From Podarcis bocagei (lineage: Eukaryota): a DNA stretch of 64,000 nt. The stretch is from assembly GCA_964188305.1 (NCBI GenBank), contig OZ076893.1; one strand, 5' to 3'. Made by a program: the position numbers and the translations under genes. The notes under the pieces were generated by a model, which saw only the letters and a program-made list of their open reading frames with translations, did no database searches and was not told the DNA's origin. Numbering within the stretch: the stretch's first letter is position 1; each line of letters opens with the position of its first letter. Positions 61,361 to 64,000 of the stretch are shown here, piece by piece.

Positions 61361-61454
61361 CTTCAGGCACTGCATGGAGGTTCCACCGTCTTTAACAGCT
61401 GGGTTGCAAAACCACCTATTTTCCTCATTTGACTTTGGCAAGAGAATGAAGTTT
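61361..61454 (-). other. RB1CC1: Probable non-coding 5'UTR exon of RB1CC1 (94 nt)
   Basis: Acceptor tctgtgtttaatAG, donor GAAG|gtaac, ~1 kb upstream of the ATG exon. Mammalian RB1CC1 has non-coding exons before the ATG exon. No transcript evidence is available here. Confidence 0.5.
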
Positions 61455-61860
61455 CTATTAAACACAGAGCATCAAAGACCTAAAAAGTAATGGGGGGTGA
61501 GAGGGAATGAAGGGTGAATATTTGTGCAACAGGAAGCAAGTTAACAATGACTATTCAAATGTTCATGACAATGCTGCACTTCAAAAACTACTATTAAAGC
61601 ACTTTTTTCATGCCAATTGTATACTTTGTGCTAAACAGAACAAAAAACAAAATTGCCATAGAAGGTTTACAATAAACATTAGGTGGGGAAAACTAGGTGA
61701 TTGTAGAGAAAAGAAATGTGAGACTGATTAATACTGAAAAACCTCATTTAAATTATTTCTGTACAGCATGAACACAACAATTTCATCTAAGCTGAAACAG
61801 ACAACTCAGACTCATGAATACCACCAGCTCACACATATCTATGATAGTTATTTGGTGTAT

Positions 61861-62004
61861 AGTGGGATAGCTCAGTCAGTAGAGCATGCAACTCTTAATC
61901 TCAGCTCCGTGGGTTTGAGCTCCACATTGGACAAAAGATTTCTGCATTGCAGGGGTTGGGCTAGATGACCCTTGGGGTCCAACTCTACAGTTCTATGATT
62001 CTAA
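61861..62004 (+). mobile_element. Composite SINE with tRNA-Lys(CTT)-derived head and CR1 3' tail
   Basis: tagctcagtcagtagagcatgcaactcttaatctcag...gtgggtttgagctccacattgg aligns to tRNA-Lys-CTT with broken stems; followed by ctagatgaccctt...ttctatgattct. Confidence 0.8.
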
Positions 62005-62879
62005 GAAGGAGGAAAAGCAGCTGTTCTGTAATTTACAAACGCTTCCCTGTCTAGTTGCCCAGAGGAGAGACTAAATTACCACCAGTGACCAGGCTTTGTT
62101 ATTTACAACTGAACAAAGCATAGTCCTTAGTTGTCATCCTATCCAGAACCACTGTGGGAAGAAAAACAAGTGCAATATACTTTGAGAGGCTTCGTTTGAA
62201 ATGCAGTACAAATACTATATATTCTTGCCCTAACCTGGTCCAGATCAAAGTTCTGATGATGATACTGAGATGAACAAAAAAAATCAGGGCACATCCAAAC
62301 ATAATCAGATCACGGGTTTATTATGAACGTTGTTTGGAGACTGAGTTGCATCCAATCAAACAAGTTTCTCTCTCCTTCAACCACATTCCACCCAACTCAT
62401 TTCCATCGGTTCCCAGAGTTCCCTGGGAAGAAGCACCCAGCGTTAAACTACTGAAAGTGTAGCTTTGGAAGTGAATGGGGTCTCCTAGCAACTCTTAGCA
62501 CCCTTAACAAACTACTCTTCCCAGGATTCTTTGGGACTGTTTAAAGTAGTATGTTTTAAATGTATAGTGTAGATGAGGCCTGAATCCTGAGCAGTGCCCT
62601 GAATCAGATCAAGGATGTGTTGCCAAACTTCTTCTGAAGAGCAATTACAACTCTATCATATTCAACATGCACATGAGCAGAAAACTTCCTAGCAAGTCCA
62701 GCACAGTTATACTTCATTTCAGAAGAGGCAGCCCTCCAAATGGGAGATGATTTGTTTAAAGTAACTCAGTTTGGAGATATAACGAAGGCCCAGATTGTCC
62801 CAGAAAGCTTCGAGGTTATTCAAACCACTTTAATAAAAATCCAATAAAATAAGTACATAAAATAGAAAGGATAGGAAAG

Positions 62880-64000
62880 GAACAAATCCAAGAGACTATG
62901 TGGTTAAATGTCAAGAACACCGTAAACTGCAACGAGTCTTTTTTAGAAAAATGGAAGCACTGTTCAAAAGAGGTAAATTAACCAGACTGCTTACTGTGGC
63001 AAATACAAGTTGAAGCAAGCAAAAAAGATGAACAAGGGTATTTAAAAAAACCCCACAAACACTTAAGTTAAGATATTAAGTGCAGGAAACCAGTAAAGAG
63101 GCAGTAAGAACCTTGGATAGCAAATGGGTGAAAGAACAACTGTAAGAAGATTGGAGACTGCAGCAAAACAAAATGTGTTGTTTCCACTAGTTTTCATTGT
63201 AAAAAATGCTGATGAGAGTTCCAGTCAAACCACTCCTTTCGGGGAAGAAAGAGCCATGCCAAATAAAGCTGCTAAGCAATCTCATTATAAAGCTAAATGT
63301 CACATTAGAAGTTTAACAGATCACTGGAGCAAGATAGCATTCATCCAAGACAGGCATAGGCAAACTTGGCCCTCCAGATGTTTTGGGACTACAACTCCCA
63401 TCATCCCTAGCTAACAGGACCAGAGGTCAGGGATGATGGGAGTTGTAGTCCCAAAACATCTGGAGGGCCGAGTTTGTCTATGCCAGAGCCAAGGCTTCTT
63501 TACAAACTCAAATGTGAAAAGTGCCAAATTTTCACAAAGAATGCAACTTATTAAAACCAGAATCAGAGGGTTAGAAGGCTATCAGTGTAATTAATGCCAG
63601 TATTTAAAGGGAATTTAGCAAATTACAGACCAGTAGGCCTACATGATGTTCTAAGTAATTAGAAGAAAGCATGATTAAAGCTAGGACATTAAAACACCTA
63701 AAAGCATAAGTCTTGTTAAAGACAAGTCAGCATGGCTTCTTCAAAGAGCTTCTAACTTGCCACTTCTATTTCAGAGTGTCACAAATATATAGATTGGGGT
63801 AATCAGCTAAATTTTATGTACCTGGAACATCCACAGAGCTTTTTATACACTATTCAAGTGCTTCTGAGCAAACTGAGCAGCCAAGAAACAAGATCAAGGG
63901 GTACTCTTACAGGTTGAAAACAGGTAAAAGGACAAAATGGCTGGAAGAGACATTTTTTTTACAAGGAAGGAAAATAAGCAGTAAGGTCCTCCAAGGATTC
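62880..64000 (+). mobile_element. Heavily degraded CR1 ORF2 (RT) remnant, interrupted by a MITE
   Basis: Decayed CR1 RT-like motifs: RKP.KEAV (~63084), NYRPV.L (63620), SQHGF (63726), YL (63818), GPPR near GVPQGS (window end); many stops and indels. Confidence 0.65.
63351..63486. mobile_element. Palindromic hAT-type MITE inserted in the CR1 remnant
   Basis: CAGGCATAGGCAAACTTGGCCCTCCAGATGTTTTGGGACTACAACTCCCATCATCCCT with its reverse complement; imperfect 8-bp TSD ATCCAAGA/AGCCAAGG. Confidence 0.85.

Noticed and set aside
61861-61933. tRNA-Lys gene
   Set aside because: Acceptor and anticodon stems are disrupted, the B box is degenerate, and it is fused to a CR1 tail; interpreted as a SINE head.

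Overview
Vertebrate genomic DNA, almost certainly a squamate reptile (probably a lacertid lizard, inferred from Sauria SINEs and the CR1/L2/MITE landscape). The right two-thirds holds the complete coding region of RB1CC1 (FIP200, scaffold of the ULK1 autophagy-initiation complex) on the minus strand. I traced 22 GT-AG coding exons from ATG 60309 to TAA 22434, summing to 4785 nt (1594 aa; 1591 aa with the alternative donor), plus a probable 5'UTR exon and a ~1.1 kb 3'UTR. The promoter lies outside the window to the right. The left 21 kb is intergenic and rich in transposable elements (TEs). Two elements stand out. (1) A 1321-bp TA-flanked element with perfect 27-bp terminal inverted repeats (Tc2/pogo-like), whose interior is a GC-rich 148-bp tandem array built from hairpins that reverses orientation midway (14481-15801). 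(2) A 228-bp Penelope-like insertion with a 12-bp target-site duplication (TSD) in the last RB1CC1 intron; it forms a perfect palindrome with 95-bp arms and carries a minimal hammerhead ribozyme motif on the pre-mRNA strand (23155-23382). Family names come from recalled consensus features, not database searches.
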